Shown here piece by piece: positions 60,095 to 64,000 of a stretch of DNA of 64,000 nt. The DNA is taken from NCBI GenBank assembly GCA_965116025.1, contig OZ220480.1, positions 1,696,001 to 1,760,000 of the forward strand, in the 5' to 3' direction. Below the pieces are notes generated by a model. It made no database searches. It worked only from the letters and a program-made list of their open reading frames with translations, and was not told where the DNA came from. Within the stretch, counting starts at the first letter, position 1, and every line of letters starts with the position of its first letter. This stretch comes from an uncultured candidatus Porisulfidus sp. (GTDB lineage Bacteria > Pseudomonadota > Gammaproteobacteria > Poriferisulfidales > Poriferisulfidaceae). The position numbers and the translations under genes were made by a program.

Positions 60095-62935
60095 TCACGC
60101 TCTCGCCTCTGACCCCGGAGACGCCTCTCGAGCGCTCTCGACCGCCCGCCGCGCGCCAGCGACGATCTTCTCTCCGACCTCCGGATCCAGCTCCACGTCC
60201 ACTTCTAAAGAATACCATCTTTCGCGCGCGAACCGCTCGCACTTGACCGCGTCCTTCGGCGTCATGACCACCGCGAGCTCATCCGCGAAATCGAGCTCTC
60301 CGGCGCGAAAAGGGTGATGGTCCTCATAGACGTGCGGGATCGCGTCGATCCCCGCCTCGGCTAAGGACTCCAAGAACCGGTCCGGGTTTCCCACCGCGCA
60401 GACCGCGTGCACGGTACGCCCCGCGAGGTCCGACAATGGCGTCGCGCTTCCGTCGAGAAGCGCGCGCAGGTGCCGGACCTTCAGGTCGAATCGGATCTCC
60501 CCCGGGCCTGGTTCCCCTCCGTGCGTCAGCGCCCAGTCCACCGAGCGGACGCGCCCGATCGGCTCGCGCAGAGGTCCGGCGGGCAGGCACAGGCCGTTGC
60601 CATACCGGCGCTTTCCGTCCACCACCAGAATCTCGATCTGCCGCGCCAACCTGAGGTGCTGCAGGCCATCGTCCGAAAGAATGATGTCGATGGAATGCCG
60701 CTCGCGCATCGCCCGGGCCGCGGCGACGCGGTCCGGTCCCGCGAACACGGGGCGGCCCGTCTGCGCCGCGATCAGAATGGCCTCCTCCCCCACCTCGTCC
60801 GGACTGGTCGCCGCGGTCACCTCGCGCGGCCAAGCCTGACTATCGCCCTGGTAGCCTCGGCACACGATTCCTGCCGAGATTCCAGCGTCCCGAAGCCGCG
60901 ACGCGAGCCAGATCACCACCGGAGTCTTCCCGGTTCCGCCAACGCTCAGGTTGCCGACGACGATCACCGGTTCCGGCAAGGCCGCGGGCCGGACCAGCCA
61001 GCGATACCAGTTTCGTCGCAGAAAAACCCCGGTCCGATACAGCCAGCCCAGCGGCCGCAAAACCCAGCCCCAACGGTTATCCTCGTACCAGATGGACTCG
61101 GCGAGGCGCGTGGGCCAGGTCTGATGCGAGGTTCTCTCCTCTTCCAGCAGGCTTCCTCGTCGGGGACGCGGTTTCCTGACCTCGCCCGTATCCTGAAACT
61201 GATGCTGGTAAAGCTTTCGATACACTTGATTTCTCTGGATGAGATCGGCATGAGTTCCTTGCTCCACGACCTCGCCATGCTCCAGCACGACGATTTGGTC
61301 GGCGCGCTCGACCGTCGACAAGCGATGCGCGATGATCAGGGTCGTGGAAATGCCCATGATCTTGTCCAGAGCCTCCTGCACGTAGCGCTCGGACTCGCTG
61401 TCTAGCGACGAGGTCGCCTCGTCCAGAATCAGGATCGGCGCTCGCTTGTACAGGGCTCGCGCCAAGGCCAGGCGCTGCCGTTGTCCTCCAGACAGCTGCA
61501 CGCCTCCCTCTCCGATCACGGTCTCCAGCCCTTGCGGCAGGCGATTCACGAATTCGTCGACATGCGCGCCACGCAACGCGGCGTCCAGCTCGCGCCTCTG
61601 GCCCGTATCGACTCCGTAGGTGATGTTGTTGCGAACCGTATCGTTGAACAGCACCACGTTCTGCCCCACGTAGCTGATCAGCCCGCGCAAGTCGGCCAGA
61701 CGCAATTCATCGATAGAAACGCCGTCCACTCGGATCTCTCCGTCGGTCGGCGAGTAGAAACGCGGCAAAAGGTTGGCCAGCGTGGACTTGCCCGATCCCG
61801 AGCGGCCAACCAGCGCGACGGTCTCCCCACGGCGGATCGTCAGCGAGACCTCGCGCAGCGCGTCGCGCTCCGCGTTGCGATAGCGCAAGCTGACCCGGTC
61901 GTACACGATCGACTCCCGCAGCTCCCGCTTGGCGCGCTCGCCCTCGTCCCGCTCCCCCGGAACGTCGAGCATCTGGAACACCTGCTGCCCGGCGGCGATG
62001 CTCTGTTGCAGGCGCGTGTTGACCTGCACCAGATTGCGCGCGGGCGCGAGCAGCATGAGCATGGCGAACATGAACGACACGAAGCCACCAACCGTGATGG
62101 TCTCCAGCACGCCCTCCAGAGTCACCAAATAGACGATTCCGGCCCAAGCCAACCCCACTAAAAGCATGATGATCGAAGACACTAGAGCCGTCATGCGCGC
62201 CGTTCGGACCTGCCGCTGACGGTACTGCTCGGTCGTCTGGGCGAACCGCGCTCTCTCCAGGGCCTCGGCCTGAAACACCCGCACGACCCGATAGCCCTGG
62301 ATCACCTCCTGGGCGTTCCGCACCGTGTCGGTCAGCGCCTCCATCATGCTGTGGCTGAGTTTCCGGATTCGCCGATTGCCGCGCGGGATCAGCCAAGCGA
62401 AGATCGGCGCGGTGACCAGAAACGCCACGGTCAAAACCCAGCTGACGTACAGCATCCAGCTGAGCAGGCCGACCACCATCAGGCTGTCCCGGATCAGAAT
62501 GGTGAGACTCCGCGAGGCGGCCTCGGAGACGCCCTGGACGTGATTGGTGATGCGCGCCAGGAAATCGCTGGACGGCGTGTGGTCGTGCGTTTCGGCCGGG
62601 ATCTCAAGCAACTGCGCGAACATTTTCCGGCGCAAATCCCGCACCAGCCGCGCCCCGATCCGCGCCATGCAGGACGCGCTGACGTACGAGCCCGCCGCCC
62701 GCAGCACGAAAATCCCGACCAAGGCCAGTGGCACCCAGCGAATGACTTCCGGCTGTCGCTCGACGATCGCGCCATCCAGAATCGGCTTCATCAAGGCGGA
62801 CAGGGCCGGACCCGACGCGGCCTCCATCACCATCCCAAGGACCGCCAACCCCAGGACTCCGGCTTGACCGCGCAACGCCATGCGCAACAGCTGCCGGTAG
62901 ATGTCCGCGCCGGCGCGGCGTTCAATCTCATTCAC
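60095..62935 (-). CDS. msbA: MsbA-LpxK fusion (lipid A flippase plus tetraacyldisaccharide 4'-kinase)
   Basis: N-terminal ABC TMD+NBD (GRSGSGKST, LSGGQRQR, ILDEATS) joined in frame to LpxK (VGNLSVGGTGKTP, RGY, DDGLQH, CLPAGPLRE, GNP, DHH, KDAVK). Confidence 0.9.
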   Translation of the reverse strand: MNEIERRAGADIYRQLLRMALRGQAGVLGLAVLGMVMEAASGPALSALMKPILDGAIVERQPEVIRWVPLALVGIFVLRAAGSYVSASCMARIGARLVRDLRRKMFAQLLEIPAETHDHTPSSDFLARITNHVQGVSEAASRSLTILIRDSLMVVGLLSWMLYVSWVLTVAFLVTAPIFAWLIPRGNRRIRKLSHSMMEALTDTVRNAQEVIQGYRVVRVFQAEALERARFAQTTEQYRQRQVRTARMTALVSSIIMLLVGLAWAGIVYLVTLEGVLETITVGGFVSFMFAMLMLLAPARNLVQVNTRLQQSIAAGQQVFQMLDVPGERDEGERAKRELRESIVYDRVSLRYRNAERDALREVSLTIRRGETVALVGRSGSGKSTLANLLPRFYSPTDGEIRVDGVSIDELRLADLRGLISYVGQNVVLFNDTVRNNITYGVDTGQRRELDAALRGAHVDEFVNRLPQGLETVIGEGGVQLSGGQRQRLALARALYKRAPILILDEATSSLDSESERYVQEALDKIMGISTTLIIAHRLSTVERADQIVVLEHGEVVEQGTHADLIQRNQVYRKLYQHQFQDTGEVRKPRPRRGSLLEEERTSHQTWPTRLAESIWYEDNRWGWVLRPLGWLYRTGVFLRRNWYRWLVRPAALPEPVIVVGNLSVGGTGKTPVVIWLASRLRDAGISAGIVCRGYQGDSQAWPREVTAATSPDEVGEEAILIAAQTGRPVFAGPDRVAAARAMRERHSIDIILSDDGLQHLRLARQIEILVVDGKRRYGNGLCLPAGPLREPIGRVRSVDWALTHGGEPGPGEIRFDLKVRHLRALLDGSATPLSDLAGRTVHAVCAVGNPDRFLESLAEAGIDAIPHVYEDHHPFRAGELDFADELAVVMTPKDAVKCERFARERWYSLEVDVELDPEVGEKIVAGARRAVESAREASPGSEARA

Positions 62936-63345
62936 GGCAAGCGCTCGCCCAAGGTGGCGACTCGGAGGTTTCGAACGCCTTGCGCGCGGGCCTGCGCCAT
63001 CAGGCGAACCACCAGCTGATGCGGCGTCAGCGCGTGCGCATAGACGTAGACCACGGCATCGGGCCGCGCTTCCACCTCTGCCCGGAGCCGAGCCCCAAGC
63101 GCCTCGGTCTCGCCCGGCAACAGCTGCCCATCCAAATAATGGTCGCCCATCGCGTCGATCGCCAGGACGATACGCCCCTCGGCCGCCACCGTCTCGGCCT
63201 CGCCTCGCGGGAGCTGGATTCTCAAGAAATCCAACTGGCTGAACGTGGTGGTCAGCATGAAGAACAGCAAGAGCAAAAACACCACATCGATCAGCGGCGT
63301 CAGCGGAATCGAGATCGCGTCCTCTTGGCGCGCTTGGAATTTCAT
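62932..63345 (-). CDS. exbD: Biopolymer transport protein ExbD
   Basis: LTPLIDVVFLLLLFFMLTTTF. Confidence 0.9.
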   Translation of the reverse strand: MKFQARQEDAISIPLTPLIDVVFLLLLFFMLTTTFSQLDFLRIQLPRGEAETVAAEGRIVLAIDAMGDHYLDGQLLPGETEALGARLRAEVEARPDAVVYVYAHALTPHQLVVRLMAQARAQGVRNLRVATLGERLP

Positions 63346-63959
63346 GAAGACTCCGGCTCGCGTTGCCTGAGGATATCCACCAGCTGGCGCGCCACCGCCT
63401 CCATTCGGGAAACCAGCACCGAGACTCGACGATGGAAGTAGCGGTGAAAGATCACCGCCGGAATCGCCACCGCGAGTCCAGCCGCGGTCGTGATCAAGGC
63501 CTGCGCTATTCCACCCGCCAAGTCCGACGGCTGTCCCAGCCCGGTAGCGGTAATTTGGTCGAACACCACGATCAATCCCCAAACCGTTCCCAGCAACCCT
63601 AGCAAAGGCGCGATCATGGCGATGGTGCCGAGCGCCACCAGAAAGCGCTCCAGCTCGACCGCCCCCCGGCGACCAGCGTCCTCAATCGCCGTCTTGCGCT
63701 CCTCCAGCGTCCGGCAGTGCGGGCTCAACCCACTCGCCAGGACGCGCCCCAGTTGCGAACTGTCGCGCAAGACGCCCAGACGATCTGGATCCAAGGCTCC
63801 TTGTCGCAACCAGGCGCGAACCTTCGCCAGCAACCCTTCCGGCATGACCTGGGCTTGGCGCAAGGCCCAGCCCCGCTCCAGAATGATGGCGAGCGCCAGG
63901 ACCGAGCACAGCAGAATCGGAGCCATCACCCAGCCTCCGGCCTGTACCAAATCCAGCAT
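63342..63959 (-). CDS. exbB: MotA/TolQ/ExbB proton channel protein
   Basis: GGWVMAPI, LGTIAMIAPLLGLLGTV, GIAQALITTAAGL.VAIPA. Confidence 0.9.
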   Translation of the reverse strand: MLDLVQAGGWVMAPILLCSVLALAIILERGWALRQAQVMPEGLLAKVRAWLRQGALDPDRLGVLRDSSQLGRVLASGLSPHCRTLEERKTAIEDAGRRGAVELERFLVALGTIAMIAPLLGLLGTVWGLIVVFDQITATGLGQPSDLAGGIAQALITTAAGLAVAIPAVIFHRYFHRRVSVLVSRMEAVARQLVDILRQREPESS

Positions 63960-64000
63960 CAATGGGAGGGAAAACGGCGAAAGCGAGAGATTTATTGTAG

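Overview
A 64-kb chromosomal segment of a high-GC gammaproteobacterium using the standard genetic code. It is probably host-associated, for example a marine invertebrate symbiont; this is an inference from its FN3/Calx-like autotransporter, DUF1640-like gene and TbpB-barrel lipoprotein. Most of the window is housekeeping: mnmA-nudJ, clpA, infA, fabDG-acpP-fabF-pabC-mltG-tmk-holB, an L,D-transpeptidase with an Lpp/OprI-like lipoprotein, dusA, a yadGH-like ABC pair, tRNA-Glu-gltX, zapE, mdh, msrPQ/moeB/mobAB, gltA, a metX-family gene, sdhCDA//sdhBE, tRNA-Ala, mug, and a long minus-strand run from exbBD through msbA-lpxK, kdsB, glyA, nrdR, the rib genes, nusB and thiL to pgpA. A dif-like XerC/D site at 14973-15000, with KOPS-like octamers and gene orientation converging on it, suggests the window spans the replication terminus. 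The main oddities are six. (1) A 7-kb, compositionally distinct FN3/Calx-like autotransporter whose 5' frame depends on a C19 tract, currently out of frame by one base (candidate phase variation), and whose beta-barrel has a second, microhomology-type frameshift. (2) An NCS2-family permease that can only start at an ATA codon and is fused to a degenerate RsbW-like ATPase domain, next to an alpha/beta hydrolase. (3) An in-frame MsbA-LpxK fusion. (4) A metzincin-like/TbpB-barrel lipoprotein gene sitting antisense between sdhA and sdhB. (5) A DUF1640-like gene with an in-frame TGA, located where clpS is usually found. (6) An orphan adenine methyltransferase. No CRISPR array, rRNA, integrase or transposase was seen. 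All family assignments come from motif recognition by eye, not database searches.
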